Program-made: the position numbers and the translations under genes
Virus record (IMG/VR): IMGVR_UViG_3300025693_000001
Direction: 5' to 3' (one strand)
Length of the DNA stretch: 64,000 nt
Origin: a virus
Taxonomy: Duplodnaviria; Heunggongvirae; Uroviricota; Caudoviricetes
Notes under the pieces: model-generated
What the model saw: the letters and a program-made list of their open reading frames with translations, nothing else
What the model was told of the DNA's origin: nothing
Database searches by the model: none
Shown: piece by piece, positions 9,471-18,606 of the stretch
How the letters are laid out: each line of letters begins with the position of its first letter
How positions within the stretch are numbered: position 1 is the stretch's first letter

Positions 9471-12400
9471 TTACGCGGTACCCTGCGGAATGGTATTCAC
9501 CACAGTCACATATCCTGTTATAGTTTTACCAACTTCGGCGGAGTTAAACATCACTGCCCCCGATATATAATTATACGTGCACGTGCCGGGGGCTGGTTCC
9601 GTTGTGAATATAACTGGAGTTGAGCTGGTTACGACGTCCAACTCAACACCATCAGCCAATACCTGCGAGGCCCCACTACCACCCAGGTAATTTGGATTGA
9701 ATAAGCCATCACCATTGGTGGAATTACCAAACTGTAACGTGTGTGCTGGTTTTTCGTATGTGACGCTCATATCATAATACGATCCGATACCACTATTGAT
9801 ATTCACAACCATGGCAATTGGGCTTGATATGCTATAAGCGCTAGTGTGAATTAGTGTTTTCACTCCAATCACATATTTGTATAATAGCATCGTGGTACCT
9901 TCGCGTGCCAACACGAACGTGTCCCCTGGTGCCCACGATGATATACCAGTAGTACGTGTTGTGCTGCCAGTGAAGTGCGTAAGTGTATTATCCGAAACAA
10001 ATCTATAGCTCTGGTCAATGTTGGATAGAAATTGGTTGTTCCACCCTGCTGCTATTGAAGTGGATAACCCAAACTGCGAATCGATCTTAACCTGCCCGAG
10101 GGTAAACGTACACTCGAAGTCCCCACTGGTTGATTGCATTGTCCATGCTCCAGCGCCGCTATAGTTAGTGAGCTGTGATCCACATATCACACCAGACTGA
10201 CCTGCTATGGCTTTTGTGTATGTTTTACCAAACATTGCAGGTTCCGTAACAGTAATTGTTCCGGCTGGTACTATATTTGACCCACCATCCCCACCAGCAA
10301 TTGTAGTTACATCTTCGGACGTACCCGTATCAAACCACCGTCCCGTGTGCGTTAGAGATGTGGCGTTATCTTTTAGCAACCCATCAGCAACACCAACGGT
10401 ATAATACTCCCCAGCCACAAACGAACCAGGAAGGGCACCATCTGCAAAACTGTTGGTTAACCCATCCCACAACGGATCATCGGTTACGTGGGTTGTTTTT
10501 GTTTCAGTACCATCCAGTGATTGCGTCATTTCGAATCGTGTTATCAGCGTGCTACCTACAGGTGGTGTTATAACACCACCGATATCCAACATATCTGATG
10601 TGACAGCAGCTTGATCCCATATACCAGTCCAACACTGCACATTGGTCATGTTTCCACGGAAGAAACGGCGCACCATTGGTCGTCCGTTGCTATATACAGC
10701 AGTCGATCCAAGTTTTGCCACAACACCCGTTGAACTCGGGTTTGATAAATCTATCGGCGACGATAATAACAACGTCATGATTAGAGTCCCATCCAGATAC
10801 ACCTTGGCATCTGTTGCAGACACTGTTGCAACTACCCTATAAGTTCCACCAGCCGCTGGTGTAGGTACGGTCACCACTGCACCAGATTGCACGTTACTAA
10901 AAATCGACATAGTGCTGGCTCCACCACGAGCACCACCATCCCACGTAAGCAACAGATTATCACCACCAGCTGCTACTTCAAGTATGGATGCTTGTTGCTC
11001 TTGTTGCCCTATCGTAGTCCTGCTAGCGGATGTGAGCTTATCGCTGGGGTTTAACGTAACAGCAAACGTTGCGTCCGTTCCAAAAACTCCAGTACCAAAA
11101 GTATTGGAGAAATCGATGTTTGATCGTCCTGTAAAGAAGTACGATTCGACGTCAAAATTGTGTCGTATCGCATCGTTTGCATTTCCTGATGTATCGACAG
11201 CGGGGTGGTGGTAGTTAAGTTCCCAATCAGTACCATTCCATTGCATCTTATCCCACGTATTTTCCTCAAATACCGAGTGTTGATAATTCAGCGTTCCGTG
11301 ACTATAACCAACCGACATCCCCATCAAACGCACGGCGTTGTTTGCGTGCGTGTCGTAGTTGAATCTGATTAAACCCTTGCCAACACCAGTGCTCGGATCG
11401 TGCATTGGCATTCCGATTTCTCGAGATCTTATAACAGTAGATAATGTTGTGTACCGCATATCATTAATCCGGTTTCTATCACGATCGACGAACCCCCTAG
11501 CATAGGATGCCGCATACACATAATCCGTCTGAACATATGCGTGTGGGTTGTTGTGGTAGTCGTACATAAATGTCAACCCTTCACACCGACTATTCACCGA
11601 TCCATTGTTCCCAGCAGAGAAATCAGTAAAGGCCGTGGAACCATACGTGTACCCATTGTATTCTGTGTAATAATATGGGTCTCCACTACTCTCTTCCGAA
11701 GGTCCACCAACCCAAAAACCACCATAAATGGAGCAACCAAACATATGTGGTGCTCCAGCTAGTGGACCTATCACCGCTGCATCCACATCAGACCACCATA
11801 TCACCTGGTGTGTCGATGCTGTGACGTACTGCAAAATACCAATTTCATCACTCTCCTGATCAGCTTTGATGCTCCGGATCTTAGTCCAATTGCCATCAGA
11901 TATTCCAACATACGAAAATGGGTGGGTGCTGTTTTCGTCATATATAGTCCACGTAACTCCAGCATCCGTAGTGCTGCAAATACCACCATCGAACGCCGCC
12001 CAAATTTTATCATCCTTTCCAACACAAACTCCCAAACACGATACATCCCCCCCCACAGGAATACCATGTGTGGCATTGGAGAAGTGTGTTATGGTTGCAA
12101 CACCCAACGGATTAGCGATCCTAAATAACCCTGCTTGAGTATCAGCAACCCAGATATCTTTGCCGTTGTCAACTATCGCTTCTCTTATGTTTGATACGGG
12201 TAACGACGGTGTTGTTGTAGCATCGAATATTGTGCTACTGGCATCAATCACATCAACAAACGTAATGCCTGTAAGATCACGGTACATCAACACCCGACCA
12301 TTTAAGTTTCTTGTATGTTTACCGGAATATTTTTGCAGTCCGTGTCCACCTCTGATCGTTGGATACCTAATTACCTCACCCTCAGGGGTATCAGCAACGA

Positions 12401-13517
12401 ATGCCATTGGTACGTGATGGCTCGCATAGCTATTACCCGAATACCCGATTGTGTTCTGGCGGCGAATCGAGTACCGAGCAACACCAGTTTCCCCCGTGCT
12501 AGTCATCTCAAATCTCAAATATTTGGGATAGTCGGGGTTTGTCCACGCATCACCATTCAAACTTAACGTTCCGGTACCAACAGCCAAGTGGTTGACATCC
12601 AAGAATGGAGCAACAGCCGAAGCACTATGATTGTGAATGTTCTGGATTGGTGTGTTTGGGAATTGTGGTCCACGGGTACTAAACGGTATCACAGTTTTGA
12701 GGTTCGCGAAATCAGTGTTAGTGTCATCCATGGCAGCGCCGTATGCAACACTCCCGATTACTCGGCCAACATAATCCGCTTGCTCCAACGTTGTGCTCCA
12801 AGTCATGCGTTGTAGACGAAAATCATATGAATCACTTGGTGTGTGGAAGTCCCAGTTTTCCCCCGTGTGGTGGAATTTTAGATTATCCACCTGCACTGCT
12901 AACTTTGCATTCCACAGTGGATACGAGTTGTATACGTAGTTGTATCCGGGGAACACCTTCTGGTATGCTGCTTGATGGCCGGTTGTTTCATCCTGGTAGT
13001 GAAGTAGGGTGTGTATGCTGGATCGCCCACTATTTCCCATAACCGATACATCGGTACTCTCCACAAAATACAGTCGATATGTCACATCCAATATCTGGGT
13101 GGCAGTTTGTTCACATGGTGGGTCCAATTGGACTCTAGTTATAATGCCACTTCCGGATGGATAGTCATTCAACATGACATTGCGGATGGATCGCGTTGAA
13201 GTGGGTTGATTAAACCGCACCACAATTTCCCAATAGTGGGGATCTGTACCATTATCGTGGTACGTCCAACTTTTCGTTTTGGAATCGTATCGGATCCGGT
13301 CTTCGTGTACAACATCAACCCGCCATAACGCGTTCGAGTCGCCATAGGCAGTAGTGGATATGATTGGTGCTAGCTCATCATCTATGTTGTTATACGCTAA
13401 CGTCTGCACACCTCTTTGTGTGAAGTGGTTTCTTTCATCGCGAGATTCAATAACTTCCAATGTATCTGCATCTCGTAGCGTCAGCGTAACATTACCTTTG
13501 TAGCCAAGTTCTTTCAT
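9471..13517 (-). CDS. Large virion/appendage protein, copy B
   Basis: 1348 aa; same domain order and shared blocks with copy A (VTLTLRDA, LDPPCEQ, PFLDVNHLA.GTG, WT.PDYPKY, RHNFDVE.Y.FTGRS, FVAGEYYTVGV.DGL). Confidence 0.7.
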   Translation of the reverse strand: MKELGYKGNVTLTLRDADTLEVIESRDERNHFTQRGVQTLAYNNIDDELAPIISTTAYGDSNALWRVDVVHEDRIRYDSKTKSWTYHDNGTDPHYWEIVVRFNQPTSTRSIRNVMLNDYPSGSGIITRVQLDPPCEQTATQILDVTYRLYFVESTDVSVMGNSGRSSIHTLLHYQDETTGHQAAYQKVFPGYNYVYNSYPLWNAKLAVQVDNLKFHHTGENWDFHTPSDSYDFRLQRMTWSTTLEQADYVGRVIGSVAYGAAMDDTNTDFANLKTVIPFSTRGPQFPNTPIQNIHNHSASAVAPFLDVNHLAVGTGTLSLNGDAWTNPDYPKYLRFEMTSTGETGVARYSIRRQNTIGYSGNSYASHHVPMAFVADTPEGEVIRYPTIRGGHGLQKYSGKHTRNLNGRVLMYRDLTGITFVDVIDASSTIFDATTTPSLPVSNIREAIVDNGKDIWVADTQAGLFRIANPLGVATITHFSNATHGIPVGGDVSCLGVCVGKDDKIWAAFDGGICSTTDAGVTWTIYDENSTHPFSYVGISDGNWTKIRSIKADQESDEIGILQYVTASTHQVIWWSDVDAAVIGPLAGAPHMFGCSIYGGFWVGGPSEESSGDPYYYTEYNGYTYGSTAFTDFSAGNNGSVNSRCEGLTFMYDYHNNPHAYVQTDYVYAASYARGFVDRDRNRINDMRYTTLSTVIRSREIGMPMHDPSTGVGKGLIRFNYDTHANNAVRLMGMSVGYSHGTLNYQHSVFEENTWDKMQWNGTDWELNYHHPAVDTSGNANDAIRHNFDVESYFFTGRSNIDFSNTFGTGVFGTDATFAVTLNPSDKLTSASRTTIGQQEQQASILEVAAGGDNLLLTWDGGARGGASTMSIFSNVQSGAVVTVPTPAAGGTYRVVATVSATDAKVYLDGTLIMTLLLSSPIDLSNPSSTGVVAKLGSTAVYSNGRPMVRRFFRGNMTNVQCWTGIWDQAAVTSDMLDIGGVITPPVGSTLITRFEMTQSLDGTETKTTHVTDDPLWDGLTNSFADGALPGSFVAGEYYTVGVADGLLKDNATSLTHTGRWFDTGTSEDVTTIAGGDGGSNIVPAGTITVTEPAMFGKTYTKAIAGQSGVICGSQLTNYSGAGAWTMQSTSGDFECTFTLGQVKIDSQFGLSTSIAAGWNNQFLSNIDQSYRFVSDNTLTHFTGSTTRTTGISSWAPGDTFVLAREGTTMLLYKYVIGVKTLIHTSAYSISSPIAMVVNINSGIGSYYDMSVTYEKPAHTLQFGNSTNGDGLFNPNYLGGSGASQVLADGVELDVVTSSTPVIFTTEPAPGTCTYNYISGAVMFNSAEVGKTITGYVTVVNTIPQGTA

Positions 13518-13551
13518 TATAATACATTCCCAAATGGTTTTATGTGTTGAG

Positions 13552-13559
13552 TATTTATA
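13552..13559 (-). promoter_or_regulatory. T4-type late promoter (TATAAATA)
   Basis: Perfect TATAAATA upstream of the 1348 aa gene. Confidence 0.75.
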
Positions 13560-13562
13560 GCG

Positions 13563-14513
13563 TTACCCTCCAATACCGATACCAGTCAGCTCATCAACAA
13601 CATAATTAGTAACGTACGAATCTACGGTATCACCAACGATGTGTGTTGAATCACCACCATATAAATCTTTCTTGGTTAGTTGCACCACAACATAATTAGT
13701 AACATACGAATCTACGGTATCACCAACGATGTGCGTTGAGTCACCAGCATATAACTCTTTCTTTGTTAGCATCTGAACCACAAAGTTGGTCGTATACGAA
13801 TCTACGGTACTCCCAACATTATGCGACGATTGCATGATACCAGCTTTCCCATCTATGGATTCGTATATCCAATTTGAGTGTTGGTGAAACCCATCATTAT
13901 ACACGGATGTAACTCGAAATATACCATTTATGTTCGGGGTTACAAATTTACGAATTTCACCGATACCAACAACCCTGAGTGTTATCCAGGGTCCTGCTGT
14001 GGTTTTTTGCTGAACGTGGAATTCGATAAATTGAACATCATCGCACGTAGGGGCGGTCCACGATAGTTCGTATTGGGATACAGGATCGAGTGAACCGACA
14101 GCTGATGTATATGATAAATGTGATAACGTAACATTGCGGCATGGGCTCGTGTTATAGCCATCAACGGTATCACCAACTTTGTGTGTTGAATTCGGTGTAC
14201 CATATACGACGATATCATCGTATCGTTCAGCCAGCGAGAACCTATCAACGTATATGCGGAATGATCTATCCGATGAGTCGGTAGCTTCATATGTTGCTGA
14301 TGTGGCATGTTGCGATGTTAACCACGTTACACTTGGTCCGCTCAATTGCACCCACTGGTAATTGTGAAGTTCGGTATCGGTCTCATGTACGGTGATGGTA
14401 GCCGTTAGGGTAACCGTGAACTCACAGATGACAAACCTATCAGGGCCAGCATCAACACCAACCGGAATGATTGGTGTTGGAGCGCCTATGATTGATACAT
14501 TTTGAAATGCCAT
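13563..14513 (-). CDS. Virion protein with PKD/Ig-like and FN3-like domains and C-terminal 30 aa repeats, copy B
   Basis: 316 aa paralogue of 8508..9452; repeats of STHIVGDTVDSYVTNYVV type. Confidence 0.65.
   Translation of the reverse strand: MAFQNVSIIGAPTPIIPVGVDAGPDRFVICEFTVTLTATITVHETDTELHNYQWVQLSGPSVTWLTSQHATSATYEATDSSDRSFRIYVDRFSLAERYDDIVVYGTPNSTHKVGDTVDGYNTSPCRNVTLSHLSYTSAVGSLDPVSQYELSWTAPTCDDVQFIEFHVQQKTTAGPWITLRVVGIGEIRKFVTPNINGIFRVTSVYNDGFHQHSNWIYESIDGKAGIMQSSHNVGSTVDSYTTNFVVQMLTKKELYAGDSTHIVGDTVDSYVTNYVVVQLTKKDLYGGDSTHIVGDTVDSYVTNYVVDELTGIGIGG
13597..13830. repeat. 90 bp-period intragenic tandem repeat (about 2.5 units)
   Basis: tacgaatctacggta recurs at 90 bp spacing; encodes a 30 aa repeat. 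Confidence 0.85.
14440..14513. repeat. 74 bp perfect direct repeat, copy 2
   Basis: Identical to 9379..9452. Confidence 0.95.
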
Positions 14514-14525
14514 AAATCCCTCGCG

Positions 14526-17375
14526 TTACGCTATACTACACTGATCTGTTGTCGCGCAAGCCACTATCGTTATACCAATTCCACCAAGCGTTGGATCTGC
14601 TGCGTTGGCAGGATCAGTCCACAATTGCACACTATCCCCTCGAACGAGTGATATTGTACTAGGGATAACGATAACTCCCGTTAGTGATCCTGCAGCAAAG
14701 GTAATCGTTCCAACGTCTGAAATCACATGCGTGACACCATCAACTTTACGTAATATCAAATCGGATGATATATCGGCAGCAATTTCTGTTGTGATAGCGA
14801 TGGATAAACTCGGATCATTCACAACCAACGATCTACTCACGCTATATATACCCATTAAGGTGTTTTGCTGCAATGCTCCAATGATGGAGAATGCGATATC
14901 GTATGGTATTGATATAGGACCACCATTAACCGCCACGGGTACCCAGGAGCTGCCATCGGCGTAAAATAACATATTTTCATCACGAACGTGGATAACCATA
15001 CCCTCGACAGACCCAGCTGTTGGTGCATCAGCAATAGTCAGATATGTTGGTCGTTTTGATGCTTTAGTATCCACCAACTTTTCCAACGCACCTTGAACAT
15101 GCACTGATGTTATTTCCGTGTTGGATATGGTAGTTGGTGTCCCCCAGTTTGGGCTGGTGGCATACGCGTCCACTCCGATGTCCACTCCCATATGAGAATG
15201 TGACAATACTGAATACGTTAGCGCCAAATCAGCTGGTTCCAATCCCTGCCAAAACTTAACATCATTCACTCCACCATCGGCGTATTGCTTAACACTCAAA
15301 ACGTTGGTGCTCATTACTGTGGTAGCATCGTCAACCGAAATAGCTGCTGCCCCACCAAATAATATCCACTTGTCACCATCAAACGCGAATTGATCGAATG
15401 CGTGCAGTGATGATTCAAAGTTAACATACACCGCATTGTTTGTTGTTGGTATTTCAAATCCCGTCAGATTACCCGTAGCATCATACAAGGCTATGTGGCC
15501 TTCGTGTCCCGTAAACGATCCACTCGACGTTGTTGGGGATTGCATTGATATTCCCAACCGAAGATCGGGTCCCATTGCTGTTAGTGGTCCCAAGTCAACC
15601 CAAGCGTCTCCATCCCAAAGTACGATATTCCCACCAGGAATACCACTCCACGCTCCGATTGCTCCACTCGGTAGAATGTATGCATCAGATGGGGTTGGGG
15701 TGATAGGGGGGACGGCAATGCTAGTGGATATCATATTAACCAGTCGGATTGGATCTAACCACACCAAACCACTCACCAACCCATCAACATACTGTTTTGT
15801 TGCAGCGTGCAGAGGCGTTGATGGGTTGCCGTACAATGTTAATGGTCCAGTCATCGTATCACCACCAACATTTACCTTTTCTTGATCCAACTCTTGAAAT
15901 GCTAATTGTGCATTTGCAGATGTCAGCGTACCAGAAGGTGTAACCAACACATCTTGAGCAGGGTGGGTGTGTGGAGATGGTATTCTGGAGTCTGTCAATC
16001 TCGGATCAGTATCAGACACAACCAATCCCCGTTGAGGATCTGAGGATGGTGTTATTAGCGTGACAGCTCCTAAGTGTATTGTGTCTGCCACGGGTAGGTC
16101 TGTTAGTGATCCAGGAGGTCCCTGATCACCCACACCACCAAGCCCCTGTTCGAATATTATCGTATCCACATTAAGGACACGAGCGACAGGAACCCTGGGT
16201 GTGCCATATGTTAACACATCGACAGTGTGTGGATTGATCGATACCAACTCACCATTTTCAACCCACAACGCAGAACCAACCGGTACTGCATTCGGACCGG
16301 ATGTCCAATTCCACTCAGGGTTTGTTATTACACCCTGTATGATAACAGCCCCAACCTCATGCAACAGGACATCCTCGGTTAACATACCGACAACGGCAGT
16401 ACCGGTGTGGTTGTATTGGGCAGTTCCAACCTCTCCTTCACCAACCCACGCAACAACAGTAAACGCGGCTATCGCAGATTCCACTGATGATCCACGAGCC
16501 ACGTTAGATTCTAACCGCAGGGCATCGACCCTCGATTGGTTTGTGAAGAATTGGTCCTCGGTAGTTAGAAATGTGTTATCATCTCGAATGATAATATTGG
16601 CGTTTTCTGTAAATAAAACGCGGCCTATCATCGTGGTGTTTGTGTCTCCGATTTGTGTACCAGTGAATGTATTGTGTCCGTATATGCTAGCGCTAGTGAA
16701 CACTCGGTTTAGCATTTTTGCAGCAAAAACTCGAAGCACCTGCACCCAAGATCCGGCTTGCAGCTCGTAGTGGATGTGATCGTTGGTATCATACCACATG
16801 CGGCCTTCGGTGCGAAGTGGTATACCAGAACGATCGAGATCGAGTGATACATTACCATCAACGGTCGTATCCGTTATCGGTTCAGCTACTGTAAGTGATG
16901 TTAGACCAGTACTACCATCATATACAGCGTATACAATGGTGTACATACCGTCATTTGCTGTTGAGTCAGCTACGGCAATTGGACGGTTGGGTTGCAGGGT
17001 ATATTGCCCATTAACAATGAATTTGGCGTGATTGTTTGATCCCGTTACAACTCCAACGATATCAACTCCTGTTGATCCTGGTGGCATTGATTGAGCTACT
17101 GGTTCGAGTGACGTGTATCCGTATGATCTGAGAAACCTATCCTGTGAAAATTCCCAATACAGCCAATGCTCTACGTTACCAGCGAATGGTCCCACCCAAG
17201 CATCCACAACCGTGGTGTCATCCGAGTGTAGGTAATCGGTGTGGTGGTGAGCAATCGCAACCACCACTGGGCGGTTATTTGCCAGTAAATCAACGTTACC
17301 TGCTGTGTTAATGTGTAGGAAGCCACCTGCTTGATGGCTAACTAGACCTTGTCGCATATCTACTCTCATGTACAT
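14526..17375 (-). CDS. Tail fibre-like structural protein
   Basis: GDTMTGPLTL...HAATKQYVD fibre motif, HxH motifs (PHTHP, SHSH), DUF2793-like segment (AYILPSGAIGAW...WDGDAW); late promoter at 17400-17405. Confidence 0.75.
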   Translation of the reverse strand: MYMRVDMRQGLVSHQAGGFLHINTAGNVDLLANNRPVVVAIAHHHTDYLHSDDTTVVDAWVGPFAGNVEHWLYWEFSQDRFLRSYGYTSLEPVAQSMPPGSTGVDIVGVVTGSNNHAKFIVNGQYTLQPNRPIAVADSTANDGMYTIVYAVYDGSTGLTSLTVAEPITDTTVDGNVSLDLDRSGIPLRTEGRMWYDTNDHIHYELQAGSWVQVLRVFAAKMLNRVFTSASIYGHNTFTGTQIGDTNTTMIGRVLFTENANIIIRDDNTFLTTEDQFFTNQSRVDALRLESNVARGSSVESAIAAFTVVAWVGEGEVGTAQYNHTGTAVVGMLTEDVLLHEVGAVIIQGVITNPEWNWTSGPNAVPVGSALWVENGELVSINPHTVDVLTYGTPRVPVARVLNVDTIIFEQGLGGVGDQGPPGSLTDLPVADTIHLGAVTLITPSSDPQRGLVVSDTDPRLTDSRIPSPHTHPAQDVLVTPSGTLTSANAQLAFQELDQEKVNVGGDTMTGPLTLYGNPSTPLHAATKQYVDGLVSGLVWLDPIRLVNMISTSIAVPPITPTPSDAYILPSGAIGAWSGIPGGNIVLWDGDAWVDLGPLTAMGPDLRLGISMQSPTTSSGSFTGHEGHIALYDATGNLTGFEIPTTNNAVYVNFESSLHAFDQFAFDGDKWILFGGAAAISVDDATTVMSTNVLSVKQYADGGVNDVKFWQGLEPADLALTYSVLSHSHMGVDIGVDAYATSPNWGTPTTISNTEITSVHVQGALEKLVDTKASKRPTYLTIADAPTAGSVEGMVIHVRDENMLFYADGSSWVPVAVNGGPISIPYDIAFSIIGALQQNTLMGIYSVSRSLVVNDPSLSIAITTEIAADISSDLILRKVDGVTHVISDVGTITFAAGSLTGVIVIPSTISLVRGDSVQLWTDPANAADPTLGGIGITIVACATTDQCSIA

Positions 17376-17434
17376 TATCCTTAAAAAATGTGTTTCGAGT
17401 ATTTATGACTGTGGGCATTGCGGCCAGGGTTATG

Positions 17435-18175
17435 TTATTGGTCAGTGTTGGATAATGCAGCTAGCACTTCTCGCACCTTGGAGTTTTGTGCACTTGGCTT
17501 TTTGATATCTGCAATAACACTATCAAGACGTGACGTGTGTTCATCTGTACGTTCGTTATCATCACTATCATCAACTTTTGTAGTTACAGGTTTTGGTGTT
17601 GGGTTGCTAGGTAGCGATAGATTGATTGGTGGAACAACAATCACATCATTTCCACCTTTTTCTTTTTGGGGTGTTGATGATGTCGTTGTAATTGCTTTTT
17701 TTACCAGACTGTCAATTTTTTGCGTCAGTGGATTTACCCGCTTGGATGTTTTTGTTGATTTGGGTTTATCAGCCTCCAACACAACCCGCGCTGGTTTCTT
17801 CGTAGGCTTTTTTGTAGCCTTCGCTGCATTGAGGATGTTTGAAATTACAGGCTTGGATGGTGGAGATTTGGATGTGGATGTCACCGATGGTTCGGATGAT
17901 ACATGCACTGTTCCTTTGTACGGTTCGAAGTAATAACCATTTGTTATTATCTCAACTCGAAAATCGTACGATCCACCATCAATATAATCCGGCTTTGGTA
18001 TCTGTACGATCCACTGTGCTGCTTCAGTTCCTTGCTTGCAAACATACGAGAAGCTAACAGCACCATACGCGATAACAAAACGCACACGCATATCGCTAAC
18101 AGCAGTGCCTTTAACCGCTATATCAAATTGAAGCTCATTATCCTGAATGTTTGTAATTGAAACCAGTGCAGACAT
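17435..18175 (-). CDS. Hypothetical late protein (beta-sandwich N-terminus, Lys/Pro/Thr-rich tail)
   Basis: 246 aa ORF with SD and late promoter core at 18202-18207. Confidence 0.7.
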   Translation of the reverse strand: MSALVSITNIQDNELQFDIAVKGTAVSDMRVRFVIAYGAVSFSYVCKQGTEAAQWIVQIPKPDYIDGGSYDFRVEIITNGYYFEPYKGTVHVSSEPSVTSTSKSPPSKPVISNILNAAKATKKPTKKPARVVLEADKPKSTKTSKRVNPLTQKIDSLVKKAITTTSSTPQKEKGGNDVIVVPPINLSLPSNPTPKPVTTKVDDSDDNERTDEHTSRLDSVIADIKKPSAQNSKVREVLAALSNTDQ

Positions 18176-18204
18176 ATTTTTATTCCTTGTGTGTTAGCTT
18201 GTAT

Positions 18205-18606
18205 TTATTCATTGTGATGTTTGTTTTTTATTTTCGATACATCAAACGACACACGTTGCACCGCATTTCGAATGCTAGTTATCACAACACCAAATCGTTT
18301 ACGCACAACGTCAACCATATCCGAAACCGTAACCACAACTTTTGCATCTTTTGGTAACATCCAAAACACCCGCTCATGCCACATGGTACCAAAACGAACT
18401 CTGACATTTACTTCTATTCGCCTTTCAGGTGGATAGTCATCGTGGTCATCCAAGTCATATGGAAGAGTTTGTGGTTGGGTTGCAATGCCACCACCACCAA
18501 CAACCGGTGGTGGTATAACAATAATACCCTCGAAAAGTTTTAACCGGAATCTACCGATTATCATATCAGAGTGATTGCCACCCAACCCAAACAACCCAAC
18601 GTTCAT
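18205..18606 (-). CDS. Hypothetical protein
   Basis: 133 aa, start coupled to the upstream stop (TAATG). Confidence 0.7.
   Translation of the reverse strand: MNVGLFGLGGNHSDMIIGRFRLKLFEGIIVIPPPVVGGGGIATQPQTLPYDLDDHDDYPPERRIEVNVRVRFGTMWHERVFWMLPKDAKVVVTVSDMVDVVRKRFGVVITSIRNAVQRVSFDVSKIKNKHHNE

Noticed and set aside
13597-13830. CRISPR-like array
   Set aside because: 90 bp in-frame coding repeat with no unique spacers.
4420-14513. Diversity-generating retroelement or invertase shufflon acting on the duplicated module
   Set aside because: No reverse transcriptase or site-specific recombinase in the window; repeats are direct, and differences are not adenine-specific.
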